From Ostrea edulis (taxonomy: Eukaryota), in the NCBI RefSeq assembly GCF_947568905.1, contig NC_079164.1, positions 77,128,001 through 77,192,000 on the forward strand: a DNA stretch of 64,000 bases, given 5' to 3'. A program made the translations under genes and the position numbers. Position 1 is the first letter of the stretch. The number at the start of each line of letters is the position of its first letter. This document shows positions 21,724 through 36,100 of the stretch, piece by piece. Below the pieces are notes generated by a model. That model was not told the origin of the DNA. It did no database searches and saw only the letters and a program-made list of their open reading frames with translations.

Positions 21724-23285
21724 TCAGTAGGTTTGTTTGTTGATACCATGCGGTTCAAATGACTTCAACCTGTGCATCCAGAATTTTTCCTTCTGCTTTT
21801 TTTCGGTATCTGACCAACTAGGGTCATGATCAATAACCACTACTGTCATGTCCTCCCATCGGTGGTTATTGCCATTGAAAGGTGTTGCTACTGGCAAATC
21901 TTTTTCGGTTCTGATGGAGGACCGGTGGTTGTTGACCCGTCTGCGAAGGTCTGTTGTTTCTCCTATGTACTGCTTCTGGCAGTACATCGCAACTGATGAG
22001 ATAGATGCAGTTATTAGTTTTGCAGGAAAAGTTTCCCAATATTTTATAATGTGACCCGTGACAGGACTGCTAAAACCCTCAGTGTCTGAGCTTTATTTGT
22101 TTTGAAACCTCAACTGGGTAAAGGGTTATCCATTTTGGTCCTTACTATCATGTCCTTCAGGTTTCTGGGGCGTCTGAAGAATGCCATCGGCGGTTCCTTC
22201 AAAACACCTGCCATTCGTTTGTTGGCATGCAGAATGGGCTGGTGTTTTTTCAGAATACTGTTGATGTTCTTGAGGGCGGGATGATACCTAGTGACCAATG
22301 GAACCCTGTCATTCTGAGGTTTTTCTTTATACTGGAGGAGGGACTGTCGGTCCTGTAGTGACATCTCATCAATCGCGGATTGTACCTTGCAAGGATCATA
22401 TCCTCTCTCAGTGAGATGAGTTTTCAGGATTGTTCCTTGTTCTTGGAAAATAGTAGGAGTAGAGCAGATGCGGCGGATTCGCGTAGCTAAACCCTTAGGC
22501 ACACCTTTGAAAGTGTAGGGTGGCTGACAACTAGATGACATAAGGTATAAATGAGAGTCAGTGGGTTTAGTGTGGAGATTAAACTCAATTTCCCCGTTTC
22601 TGAATGTGGCTGTGGTATCCAAAAAAGTGTTATTTGAGGTAAACTTGATGGAATTATGGAAAGAGTTTGCCATCTCGATAAAATCGTCCAGGCTTTCACG
22701 ACCGTTAACCCACTTCATCTCAATGTAATATATAAAACGTAGCCAACTAAGGAATTTAACTGGTGAATAATGTAGAAGTCTACGTTCCAGTCTCCCCATA
22801 AAGATGTTGGCATACGATGGTGCCATTTTTGTTCCCATAGCTGTGCCACTTATTTGCAGGTAGTGTTCACCAGAGAACATGAAGTTATTGAACTTGAGGA
22901 CATGTTCAAGAAGCTGAATGAGTGATTCGGTTGAAAGACATTTAATTACCCTATTGTTCCAAACCTCTCTACACGCCTCGATACCCTCGTCAGGTGGAAT
23001 GTTAGTGTAGAGTGAACTAACATCCATGGTCACAAGGAGGGTATGGTCTGGCAGTCCCGATGAAGGTGTTTTATTAAGGTAATCAGTGGTGTCCTTCAAG
23101 TATGATGGTAAATCTTCTACGTGCTGACGGAGATGTAAATCAATGAATTCAAAGATTTTATCTGTGGGATGTGCGATGGCGCTGACTATAGGACGGCCTG
23201 GCATGTCTTTTTTGTGAATTTTAGACAGTAGATAGAATAGTCCTGGTCTACAGTTGTTAGGACAAAGTGCTCCCAAAACATTGTC
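21724..23285 (-). mobile_element. Penelope-like element (RT plus C-terminal GIY-YIG, Neptune-like), 5'-truncated and inactive
   Basis: [44 protein letters not shown]. The catalytic RYIDD motif is degraded to RFIYY. Downstream, frameshifted: NFSCKTNNCIYLISC..CQKQYIGET...FWMHRLKSFEPHGIN. The 5' end abuts (TA)n. Confidence 0.9.
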
Positions 23286-24485
23286 ACCGATATATATATA
23301 TATATATCCAAGTTTTTAACTTTGTGTACTGTTTATTTCTTTAATACATGTGTGTGCGTGCGCGTGCGTGTGTGTGTGTTTTCCCCAATATAAAACATTG
23401 AGGTTATCTCTCAGAGGAATACTGTTTTAGATCTGTCTTTTGTCGTCCAGGTTTCTATAATTTTAACCTGAGCTATAATGTTCGTGTTCAGTGTGAGAAA
23501 CTAGAGACATATATAACATGCATATATATTTCTGGAGATTCGTATTTATATGCACCTTGGGTATGTCTAATGAAACACTTGACTTTTATTATTTTTGGGG
23601 GTCACGGGAGACACTGGCGTGTCACCTGGTATTCAAACTGGATATACGATATTTCATCACTAACTTGTTTAAATACACGACGGGTTTCTCCAATGAAGAG
23701 GTTTTTTTTTTTCTGAGATGGTATATTGGATCAAAGTGTGTGACTTTTATAATTAGTACGGAAAATAGATACCGGTATGTAGTTTCACAGTAAACACCAG
23801 TCTCCTGTTTCTTTATTAGTCTTGTTCCATTCAAGAGTCTTTAACTCATACTGCGACATTGTCAGATTTAAGTGACATGTCACTTATTTTGATCTATGCA
23901 TGACGCCCAAGGTCGTAGAAATAAAGGGCTTTTATCGTTAAATGACTACTGGGATATGGGATTTCAGTTTTAAAGCTTTAAGCATTCAGACATTTGTCAT
24001 TTGTGCATGTATGTTTCTTTTCAGTTATTTAACAGTCACATTTCTCATTTTTACTTACAGTTTTTAACATTGAACGCTAAAATGGGGTCTAGGGAATTCG
24101 AATGGTCGGTGGTTATATTTTCAGCGGAATAAATGGCGTAGTATAAAACAAGATTTTCAAAACCATGAGAATAAGTTGTAACTGATAAAAGTAACAGGGT
24201 ATAGTAAATTGTGTTGTTTTATAAAAAAAAATAAAATCCCAAAAATCTGCATAGTAGAGGTATAACAAAAATATCAATCATTTTGCAAAAATAAGAGGAA
24301 ATTTGATGTTATGGAGTTTTCCAGCTTTACAAGTTCTGCTATGCAAACATACAGAAATAAGTTCACATGATAAATGATTAAGCTACCAAATAAGACAAAG
24401 TTTGTAATCAATCACAAGGGCAACTTATATCTGATGTAATAACATTTCAAGGTTCTTTGATTTTACAAGAGTTTGACCTTTAAAC

Positions 24486-24503
24486 CACACACACACACAC
24501 ACA

Positions 24504-24560
<57 letters not shown>
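24486..24560. repeat. (CA)n microsatellite
   Basis: Directly visible. Confidence 0.95.
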
Positions 24561-24572
<12 letters not shown>

Positions 24573-25448
24573 TTTAGGGAGCAGGGCCTCAATTGCGTTG
24601 AATACGTTTCAACAATTATGAAAAGGGGTTTTGGATGACCCCTGGTCACTTACCAAACATAATACTCAGTGCATCTTGACATATGCGGCAAGATTAGCAT
24701 GTGGTATAAGGTATGCTATATGGTAATTATTGTGGTTTCTTTGCTTGTTGCACAAGTACGACGTAGAGTATGTTTAATGGCAAACACTTGCGTAGAGTAT
24801 TAATGTCTTATGACTGCATCTAGTTCATTAGGTGTTGTAGGGGATCATATTGCATAATCATACCTATGTGATACATATGGTCTTGTATGGGTTTTTCCCG
24901 AGTCATTCTGATCCCCACTAGTTCACTGCCTTTATCAAGTAACAAGCCAAGGTTACTTGACAAGATTATATTAACTAAGGAAGAACGCCACCTTTGCTGT
25001 TATTCAAATGCACGTAATGTAAGTAAAAATTTAAAAGTCTGAACCAAATGACAGAAACTCTGAATACCTGATGAAATAAAGTGTATTTTGAAAGCAAATT
25101 GGTGCATTCAAATTGTTCAAAATTGCCAGCATTGATACGATTTCTATCATGTTTTAAAAAACCACACGATTAAGATGTGGGAAATTGGCTGTAGTGTCTC
25201 ATTACACCAAAACGTCATTAATAGATCCTTAAACACCTCTTAAGAAGTATGGTTTCACCGAAAGAGAGATACAAGTTCCCAATTGTTTTATATGAATTTT
25301 TTGTGATTTTTTTCCGTAATGATAAAATGGATGTATTGTTTGCAAATGAGAAATTTTAGAGTCCAAATTTCGTTGTGACTTGATGCACAATATGAGAGAT
25401 ATAAACACCATATCCCACCTCTGGTGTGTCTGGGGGTCCGTGTTTGCC

Positions 25449-27989
25449 GTGTATGGAGTGATATGTATATTGAGACGACTTTCATGCGCTATGGTCACGG
25501 GCCTGGTGGCATCATTGGTTTAACATTAAAGCCAGAAACGCTGAAGACATGTGTCCTTGGTCTACATGTTTGCTGTAAACTGGAACAAGATACTGCAAAT
25601 CTTATATCTAACGAGCAAGATACATGTCAACTTAATCACAAAGAAGAAACAAAGTCGAGGATTAAGTCAGACGGAGCTGACAGAGAAAATCTTTCCAAAA
25701 AGATTGAGTTGTGTGTTGATCCCCTTGATCCTGCATCTCACCCTCCTTCTCTTTTGAACATTGTGAGTGGTCAGATCGCAAACGACACCGTTAATGTCCA
25801 CAACGCAGTAACAATTGGTACCAAGCAGATGGAAGAGTTCGAGAGTGGTTGGCCAAAAAAGTTCAACGACACTATTTCCAAGCGAGTCGCAACTATCTCA
25901 GATAGCAAGAAGCATATCAAAATCGGAACAAAGAAGATATTTGATACTACAGTAATTTACAGCCGAGTTATAGGCATTCAAGCAAGTTCAAGAGATATTG
26001 ATATCGAGAATGTCTTAAGCCACGAGTTAGCTCCCGTTCCAACTTCAATGTTTGATGATTCCGGTGTATTGAGAATTTGTAAGTCAAAGTCAGACCTCAA
26101 GAATCGTCTCTTTAAAGAATCGTCTTCAAGATGTGCACTTTCGTCAGTTTCAGCAACAGTTCTAGATGGCTCTGTGGTTTTATGGGTTGTCCACTGGCCA
26201 GCTAAAGGGGTTGTTGCTGATTATGTGGAGAATTTTAAGAAGTTCCTGGAGAGGAAGCTACAGGACAGTGATGTTTACCTAGTCTTTGACCGATATAAAG
26301 AAACAGTACAAAGAGCGTCACCAGACAGGTTAGAGAATGCGAAGCCAGCAGACCATATCAGTTAACAGAGAGCGTGCCACTTCCATCACAGAAAGCTGTT
26401 CTCACAGTAACAGCAAATAAACAACAGCTGCTGTCTATAATTTGCAATAATATAATCAACGATGAAGCATTCTGCCGTAACCATACATCAAGAAACAAGC
26501 TGGTTATCACTAGCAGCAGTGACACCCCTACTGAGATCTACAAGGGTGTTGCCATACAAAGAAGGGATATTTCAACATCGCACGAAGAAGCGGACAACAT
26601 AATAGTGCAACAAGCTGTCATGTGCGCAAAATGTCAATCTGGTACCATCATGGTTGTTGTTGATGACACAGATGTCTTTATTCTTCTCCTTTATCACTAT
26701 CTACAGGAAAACCTTACATGTCCACTATTCATGACTTCTCCAATTCAGCAACGATCAGTCATCGACATTAAAGCCACTCACTGTTAAAGCTCACCAACCA
26801 ATCATTCCTAATTTACCCGCCGCTCATGCTCTATCTGGCTGTGATACTGTTGCAAACTACTATGGAGTTGGTAAAGGAACTGTACTGAAGACTCTTACTG
26901 CATTTCCTGACTCTCTAACAACACTGGGTTGCCTTGATGCTCAGCTTTGTGATGTCATTGACCAGTCAGCAAAGTTTGTTGGTATCTGCTGCAGCAGCAA
27001 AGTCAAAGAAAAGACAATTTCCGGCATCAGGTACAAACTAATTATTTTATTGTTAAGAGTTATTGGGCTGTTAATTAATTTTTTGTTAACGGAAAAATGC
27101 TATATAAAATAAATAATTATTATTATTATCAGGTACAAACTCTGGACCACCAAGTTTGGGAATGGTGCCGCTACAGCTCCCAAGATCCAGACGTTTCCAC
27201 CATCAACAGAGGCGTTCGTTGAAAACGTCAAGCGAGCCCATCTGCAAACAGCAATTTGGAAACAAGCTACATCACTTGATCCACCTAATCTCGATCCCCA
27301 AGAGTATGGATATATACGAGACGAATCCTCTAAGACTCTTCTTCCCACTACAGTCCTAGATGGCATTCCATTGCCCCCAGAGAGCGTCATGAAATTGATT
27401 AAATGTAACTGGAGTGGTGAAGGTCCGTGCAGAACCATGAGGTGAAGGTGTAGCCGTTCAAAATTACCCTGTACTTTGTTTTGTAACTGTGATGGCACAA
27501 ATGAATGCCTAAATGAACTTACGAAAGCAGTTGCCTCGGAATAACCAAAACGTTATTTCAACTTGATACACAAACGATGTACAGCTGTAGCTTTGTATAT
27601 ATGTAAATATAATCCAAACGTAATTCCAATCTAATAATATCGCAAATGCAAATAATGTACCGCTGTAAATATTAACATAATGAGAAAACGTCCTTTATGA
27701 CGTCATACTATGACGTCATCCATGCACATTCAGCCTCTTAAATATCTAAAATACCAAATGGAGCTAATTGTGTGCTAGAAAGATGTTGTAACAACAGCTA
27801 GTTGCCATCAAAGCTAGAGGAAACCATGTTAGAATACTGATTTACAACTATTGTGACGTCATCAAAAAGAACCCCCCGTAACTTTAAATGCTCAACGGTG
27901 CCAAACCGGCATCAATTTGATTTTTCATTACAAACATGTCTTCAATATGAATTCACCAAAAAACATTGGGTGACCAGGCTGCCGGACTA
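25449..27989 (+). mobile_element. Academ-type DNA transposon relic (3' part: transposase tail, XPG-like nuclease, Cys-rich CXC end)
   Basis: GHGPGGIIGLTLKP, HELAPVPTSMF, VLDG, VFDRY, HEEAD, DDTDVFILL, HALSGCDT, KRAHLQTAIW and a C-terminal C..C..C.C motif, all frameshifted. The 3' end ...GGCTGCCGGACTA (27989) fits TAG...CTA Academ termini. The 5' end is missing. Confidence 0.7.
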
Positions 27990-28190
27990 GAGTCCAAAAA
28001 AGAATTGTGACTACACAACCGTCAACAACAGGTCAACAAGTTGCACAATGGAGGTAAGTACCCCTGATACAGAGTCCAAACAAAGACTGTGACTACACAG
28101 CTGTCAACAGCAGGTCAACAAGTTACACATGAAAGCAAGTACCCCGATACAGAGTCCAAACAAAGAACTGTGACTACACAACCGTCAATT
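27990..28190. repeat. ~81-bp tandem repeat, ~2.4 copies
   Basis: gagtccaaa..tgtgactacaca..gtcaa at 27990, 28072 and 28152. Confidence 0.8.
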
Positions 28191-29891
28191 CAGGGACACA
28201 TTGAGAAGGCATGTCTGAAAAAACGCAGAGGTAAAAGACGGGACAGTAAGAAAACACCCAGATTGCGAGAACCAGAGTCAGATGATGACCACGTCATACA
28301 TATCAATGTGAATAGCATACACGGGAAACAATCAAAACCCAATATCGTAAAACCTACTATAGCTGGTAGATTTATTCCCATGGAACTGGACACATGTATA
28401 GCATTATCCATTATTTCTAAGCAAGATTATCGGTCAACTTTCAAAGATACGACACTAAATACATGCGATAAGACATTGAGATCCTAATCTGCACACACTT
28501 TGAGGCCCATTGGTAAACTGAAAACCACAGTAGGAATAAATGGGCGAGAGGCCGAATTGGATTTGTTTGTTGAACCCTAGAGTGGACCAGCACTTTTTGG
28601 TCGGGACTGGTCCAACTCAATTGGATTGATATTAAGGCGTTGTACCTGGATGGAATATCAACCACGAACCACATCACAAACCTGGACCAGCTACTGAACC
28701 AACACAGAATCGTGTTTGTGGATGACATAGGGAAGCTCAAGGATTTTAAGGCTCACCTAACCCTTAAGGACAATGCACATCCAAAGTTCCTCAAGGCGCG
28801 TAACGTACCTTATGTCATGCGACCCAAGATAGAAAAGGAGTTGGATTGACTTCAACATGAAGGGATCATGTAACCTTTGACTCACAGTGATTGAGCAACA
28901 CCTATTGTTCCAGCCCTGAAAAAGAATGGTAACATTCCCATATTTGGTGATTATCGAGTCATAGTTAACCCAGTTTTGAAAGTGGATCAATACCCACTAC
29001 CTAAGATAGATGATATGTTTGCCAATCTCTCTGGAGGGAAGAAGTTCTCGAAAACTGACCTCACCCAAGCATACCACCAGATGGAGCTTGACGAAGCATC
29101 AAAGCAGCTTCTCGTAATCAACACGCACAAAGGATTGTATATGCACAACCGACTAGAGTTTGGATTAGCGTCGGCCCTAGCTATGTAACAGCGAGCCATA
29201 GAACAAGTTTTACAGGACATTACACATATTCAGTGCATCTTGGATGACATCATCACCACTGGGACTTCTGATGAGGACCACAAGCGTAACCTCAGTAAAG
29301 TATTGTCACGTCTCGATGAACATTGCTACGTGTCAATTTGAGCAAATGTGAATTCTTCAAAGGACACATGTTTTCAAAGTAAATAAAATTACATGCATTT
29401 GTCTTCCTTATGCGTATAGTAATTCTAATGGTTCGTTCGCCGAAATGTTGCGATAATTAACCACAATACAGTCTTAAATCTAAGCCCCGATTTCAAAAAG
29501 TCTAGTTAAATGGTTAGGTAGTCACGTGGTACAGTGACGTCACATGCGCTCTTCTTCGATCAACTGATTGTGAAAGTAGTGTAAAATATTAATTAAAAAC
29601 TTAGCTTTTAGGGGCCTACTTTATTCACCATGGGCAATATTTAAATCGATATTGACTTTCCCCGAGTCTTAAATGTTTTCGCCACCAGTGCATACAAATA
29701 GCGATGTAAATACCCAAATATAGCGAGGAAAGCGAGTATGAAATCGGCAATATTGCGAGTAAATAATGTTTAGATGGGTCGCCGTCTACACACTATTTGG
29801 TAATGTTATTCCTTTATACATCTGTAATTGGCCCTGTTTTTCTAAAATAAACAGTGCAAATATTATTTATTTTTCGATTAGGCAAATTATT

Positions 29892-30099
29892 ACTGATTTT
29901 GACTGCGGATAACTCCGTTTACCTGATCAAGATATAGAGCTCACGGCGGGTGTGACCGGTCAACAGGGGATGCTTACTCCTCCTAGGCACCTGATTCCAC
30001 CTCTGGTGTGTCCAGGGGCCCGTGTTTGCCCAACTATCTATTTTGTATTGCTTATAGGAATTATGAGATTGATCACTGTTCGTTATCTTCACCTTGCAT
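29892..30099 (+). mobile_element. Naiad-type PLE 3' end nested in the Kolobok-type element
   Basis: Matches 62285-62493. Confidence 0.85.
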
Positions 30100-30914
30100 A
30101 CATTACATAGTTGACAACTAGGTCCTAGCTATAGACCTAGCTAATGTCACAGGTGCATTTCGGAGAGAGAAAGAAAAGAAAAAAATACACGTCCATACAA
30201 ATAATCAAATTTAAAGTGGAAATCACAATACAATATTTTATTCAAAGAAAGCAATCATTATTATTTTGGAATTGTGATCTGCACGTCGTTAGGAAAATGC
30301 ACTCGGGGCACGGCGTTATACTGACGCACTCAAGATGTTATGAGTTCAATGAGAAATAATTTTATAATTCACTTTAAAGTTAAGAAATATAATATTCTAT
30401 TATTCATAATTAAACGTTCAATTATTTTGTGTCTTTAATTTTTTTCTAAATCTACCAGTTGGTAGAAACTGGAAGCACAAGTTATATGTTGTTACAAGGT
30501 GAAGGTCAGTTGATCCGAGTGTGTATTGAATTTGAAGACCAGAACAGAATTATGTATATGCTGTAGGCATAGCATGCAGTATTTAGTTTCGATATATCCA
30601 TTTTATCGCAGTTTATCTGGATCTCTGTCCAAGCGGTTTTTGAAAAGGTGACTGGATGGGGTTTTTTTAAGGTAAAGTTCTTGGTCCAAGAAAAAATTAT
30701 CCCCGTGTTTTTTCTAATTCTTTCCATCGAAAAATTGAAAAATATTCAGTCTAAATCCTTTCTACCGACAACTAGTACTCCCTTACTCGGTACAAAACAC
30801 CTTAAATCTAATCTGTTTATGAAATGGCTGATAGATGTTTTCAAACCCAAGGGCACATATGATGTCACAAATAATGGCGCGTAAAATAGCGAAAGTAAAT
30901 ATGCATATCGCAAG

Positions 30915-30984
30915 ATCATCTTCACAAGTCAAGGATTATTGATTCGTTACCTCGCACTAATAACCCTTGGCTTGTGAAGATGAT
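30915..30984. repeat. 70-nt foldback hairpin flanked by direct repeats
   Basis: atcatcttcacaagtcaagg...ccttggcttgtgaagatgat. ATCGCAAGAT occurs at 30907-30916 and 30983-30992. Confidence 0.8.
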
Positions 30985-33171
30985 CGCAAGATTTGAATTT
31001 CATCACTTTCAAACTTGAAAACTACGCAAAACATTTCATTAAAAACACATTTAAAGTAGTTTTAGGTATGAAAAGAATTGATTTTGCTGGAAAAAAATGA
31101 AAAAGTTTAGAAACATGCGTTGTGTCCTTTAAGAAGAAGGTGAGTTACTGTGGACATGAGATTAAATTCAAATGAAATTAATGCCATTGCTGAGGCACCC
31201 AGACCTGAAAACGTCACACAACTACGAGCATTTCTCGGACTGGTAAATTATTACCATCGATTTATTCCGAACTACTCCACAGTTATTGCCCCTTGAATGA
31301 TCTCCTCCAGTACAGAGTGAAATAGGAATGGACAGATTCACATTATACTGCATTCCGAAAGGTGAAGGACATACTTGCTTCTGAACAAGTACTATTTCAC
31401 TACAACCCAGAACTTCCATTCTAGTCTGTGACGCGTCCTCATAGGGCATTGGCTGTGTGCTATCACACACATTTTCGGATGGAAGTGAACGTTCTATCGC
31501 CTATGTATTAAGAACTTTGAAGAAGGCATAACGTTGATACTCACAGATAGATAACGATTCCTTGTGATTGATGCTCATAGCAAATGGCCTGAAGTTTTCC
31601 ATATGACCTCTAGTACAGCATCAATTACTGTGAACACTAGACGCACCTTATTTGCCCGTCAAGGCATACCGAATAAAGTTTCTGACAACGGGCCACATTT
31701 CGTCTCGGCAGAATTTAAACGATTCATGGTCCAGAATAAAACACATATCTACGCCGTACCATCCACGTACCAATGGACAGACTGAAAGATTTGTACAGTC
31801 TTTCATACGCGCCATTAAGAGTACTGACAACGACAAATCTGCGACCCTTAACCAAAAGTTATGCCCTTTCCTTTTCAAATAACGCCTCATGCAACAATAA
31901 ATGAAACTCTGTCGATACGAATATATGGCCGAAACATCCGCTCAGCTCTCGACCGTGTGAAACCAAACACCGCCCAGGATGTTCACAAGAAAAAACATCA
32001 AGTGCCAAAACATGTCGGATCTAACAACCATGAATTCAAAAAATGGTGAATCTGTACTCGTCGGCGACTACAGGGAAAGAAGAAAATGGACTACGCTCGT
32101 CACTTTTTATATAAAAATACTAATTTATTAGCTAGTCAATTTTTATAGTAATGATAATTGGTAGTGTAAATGCGAGGATGAACCGATGCATTGAACTTGT
32201 GTACTAATGAGTATTATGAAAGACACCCCCTTCCACGACTTGGAACTATTTTTTTGCAAACTAAGAATTTTCAAAGAAATATGAAGGTAACTCTATATCC
32301 GTTTGCCCCCCTACCTCCCACTTCCACCCCACTTTCATTTCCAAAAACGACACTTAGTATCTGAACTCATCATATCTTATACATATAATCTGCTCATTCC
32401 TTAAAAAGTTTTCAAATATTAAAACCGTGACGGAATCGGAAATGTGACTTTGCGAGAAATCCGCTATTTTTGATAAGAGACTGGCGACAAAAAAGAAATT
32501 CTAGACGAATGTACTTCTCCAGCACGACCTTTTTCGCGCCCATTCGTCATTAGAGCTGGCTCCCTACTGGCTAATATAATACATATGTACACTAAATTTG
32601 AAGAAACTTTGCTCTCCCATCTTAAGAACATTTTTAAATACTTTTATTAAATTACAATTGAGAAAAGATGTGTAATATTTTGTGAACATAGTTTTGATAA
32701 TTGTGATATCACATCTATTTACAAATAATGATAATACTGTCTGCTACGATGCGCGGTGCAAATGTAAAGCAAGTTCGGTCCGGTTTACCGTTACACGACC
32801 TCGCATGGGTATAATTCCCGATGTTCAGTCAATGATTTTTGAATATCCAATCAAAACATAATTTGCCGAATTTTCATCTCAGTACATCATCCAATAAATA
32901 CGAAAAAACTATCATGCATTACCCATGTCTTCTGCATTTTAACAATAAATCAAACCATCCGAATCAAGCAATTATACTGTAACCCATTTGTCCATTAGAA
33001 TTTGAGAGGTCATCCATTCGAATTTGTGCTTAGTGGTTTCTAAATCGAGCGTAATTGAGAGATTTTAATACATGTACAAACTTATATTGCTGTTTAATCA
33101 AATGTGTCCCGTTCTACAAAAAGCTATGACGGTTGTTGAAAACCTTTACTCTATATATCAGATCATACAAA

Positions 33172-36100
33172 ATGCTGGACAACAAATTCGTCTCCATGGA
33201 TGTACAAGATGCCCCGTCATCATTGTTAAAATCGGAATCGGATACGTCAAATCCCCAGGACCGACCGGTATGGAGTCGAAAAATAGAATACCTTCTGTCC
33301 TTGTTTGGTTACTGTGTGGGACTTGGTAATATCTGGAGATTTCCCTATCTCTGTATGAGAAACGGTGGAGGTAAGTGTAAAATAAAATTCCTGATAGTTA
33401 TATCCATACTTATAATCATCAAATTTTGCCAATAAACTTCGAAACGCCTGCTCCAGAGCTACTGCTTGCTGGTTTAATATTGTTTCATCTGTGAGGTGAA
33501 GTCCGTAAGCTATGATAGAATTTCACTTGATTAGTAAATATCTTAAAATTAATTAAAAACTTGCTTTCATTTTCGATAAATTACCCTGAAATAGCAAAAA
33601 TGAGAATAAAGTGGCGGACACGCTTTGACAGATTAAAGCATTATACGATGTGCAGTTAATCCGTTGTTCATCGATGCTTGAATTTGCTTACAGGAAAATT
33701 AACTTTTGATAATTGTTGAATAAACAAAATATGCCTGTTCGTTTCTTCAATCCGTGATTTTAGTTATGGAAATTTCCAGAACGAATCGCTCAGAACGAGG
33801 CATCATCATGGACGCTTAGTTAGGCCTACAACCAATCGCACATTCTCGGACCTTTCTGGTGTAACATTAGATAGTGACCGCGTTGAAAAACGACCCCAGG
33901 GTCATTTCTTAACGTTAAAAGTTGACCCCGATCACACTTTTGATCACAAACTGTCGTTGAAAAGTGATCAACGTTAAATTCGAATGACTACTTTAATGGT
34001 AAATACAAAATGTAAATCTTAAAATAGATTATCAAAAGAGAGAAAGAAACACCCAAGGGATCATTATTCCCAGAAAACAAAATTTACTCCCTAAAAAGCA
34101 TTTATCCTTATCTATTACGGAACATGAGAACAACGGAGGAGTGCGTTCGGGGTCACCGTTCCCGTTGTTCTCGTGCTCCGTACTTAGAATCGCGAACGAC
34201 GAGAACATGTGCGCACGAACGTGTTCTTTCTTCTTCGACCAAACTACCTCCAGAGGTGGTGTGAGTTCTTGCACCTCGAACCTGTTCTCGAGTTACGTAC
34301 TCGACGTTCGGAGTCGACAGGATATTTGTACTCGTGGGAAGAACGGTGATCTCGAACGCACTCGTGGTGTTTCTATGAAAGGCCCGAGGTGTTCCGGATG
34401 CTCTCGACACCAACGATCTGATACATCGATAAATCTTTAAATACGATATTTATCTGATATTTTCGATGTTCATAATCTTTTTTTTTTTTTTGGCGATTAT
34501 AGAAGTCACTGTTGCGACTTTTTGTATTGATTTATTAACAGTTTCTGATATGTACAAACACAGAGATAAACACACAAAAAGTTTTTATTTTTATTGAACA
34601 TATTTTGTGATGACACAGATCTTGATATACACTGCTTATAACCTGACTTATACAAAAAGTATACTTTTGAATGTACGCCTATTGTTGGCATTTATTTCGT
34701 ATTTCTACTTACTGCTAGAAAGTCTTTCTCTACTCTCCTGGTCCTGACATGATCGATTGTCTGCCAGAACGCGCACGTGCTATGAATCTTCTTAGTTATA
34801 TCGATGCTTTAATTGCACAGACTTTATAAACAGCGAGTGCCAAGCTTGTAAATACGCAATTTCCGAGTTGCCCAATAATTCTTTCCCTTTGTAGAACTCT
34901 TACGCACAGTGAGACGCAAAAATACTTTCGTCCATACGCGGTGGGTACAAATGATGATCGCTGCCTTCACTTATTGCCTAAATGATGATTATCAGACATC
35001 ATGCAACCACCCAAACTGCTGGGGCGCACAATTTTAGTAAGTTTATGATTATTTGATAATAAAAGACCTTAAACAAAAATCGATAATCACCATCTTTCTT
35101 TGATTAAAGTATCAATCGTGCAGAAGAAGAAATAAAAAATAGATTAATATATAATGTAATGGCCTACTTCAAACAAATATTATTCTTCCTATGATCAGTT
35201 TAATGTATACCAACGGCTGATATGAACAAAATACATGTATATGCTTTCAGGACTATTATTGTTATTTACATAGCTAGTCTGTAATATATGTATACATCTT
35301 GTACCCATCCAAGCGTTCAACAGAATACTGAACGTACCTCCATCACAGAAGAGCTGATATCTCGAAACTTGCGTATTACATCGATGGATATAATGGCAAA
35401 GCTTTAAATTTAAGTCATGTTTGGTATATTTTTATTATAAAAGATAAGGGCCACGTCACACAAAAGAACTTACCACTATAAAGTCCAAAGAGTCTCTATT
35501 ATACTATCAAACCAGTTTGCTCAGATTGTGTTAAACCCTTGTGATTTTACTGTAAAAAAGAAATCAGTTATGTGAGTGTTTAGAACTCTACAACATTTTT
35601 AGTCTTAGTAGTAAGTTCTTTTGTGAAACAGGACCTAGGCCCGTAGCAGCGATTTTGAGGGTGGGGTGGGGGTATTAAAAAAACTCTGCATAAAACATAG
35701 ACCCCATCCCTTTTTGATCATGCTTTAATCAAATGTTAAAAATTTCATATGTTTATGATATGTTGAACATATGTTAAACATATGAGTTTTCCACCTTGTG
35801 TTAATCATATAATTAACATATGAATATCCAATCACATGTTAAACATATGTTACAATTTTACCGGTGTAGTCCTTTCAGTTTCACATGAAAATACACGTGT
35901 GCTTGACCACGAAAATATGTGTACATGAAAAAAATTAAGTGGTTCTTTCATGTGTCCAGCTTCACACGAAAATAAATGTGTGCTTGACTGAACGAAAATG
36001 TGTGAAAGAAAAAAATTTGGTTCTTTCATATGTCTAGCTGTACACGAAAATACATATGTGCTTGACTTCTCGAAGCTGTTGTATAAACCAAACTTCATGT

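Larger units (their letters stand above)
29361..31128. mobile_element. Non-autonomous TTAA-targeting DNA transposon (Kolobok-type)
   Basis: TIR AGGACACA...TGTGTCCT; TSD TCAA/TTAA (one mismatch). Removing it restores the Gypsy RT frame CEFFKKKVSYCGH. A 5'-RR terminus with TTAA TSD is the Kolobok signature. Confidence 0.75.
28250..32095 (+). mobile_element. Degenerate Ty3/Gypsy (Mag/K02A2.6-like) pol relic, split by a DNA transposon
   Basis: PR-like MELDT, KARNVPY, YPLPKIDD, DLTQAYHQ, ILDDII (28380-29360); RT thumb/RNase H from 31129 (FLGLVNYY, DAS); integrase IDAHSKWPEV, SDNGPHF, PYHPRTNGQTERFVQ. Many stops and frameshifts; no LTRs found. Confidence 0.88.

Noticed and set aside
21600-21724. 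Expected hammerhead or pseudo-LTR at the 3' end of the RT+GIY-YIG PLE
   Set aside because: No CUGANGA/GAAA core on the element strand.
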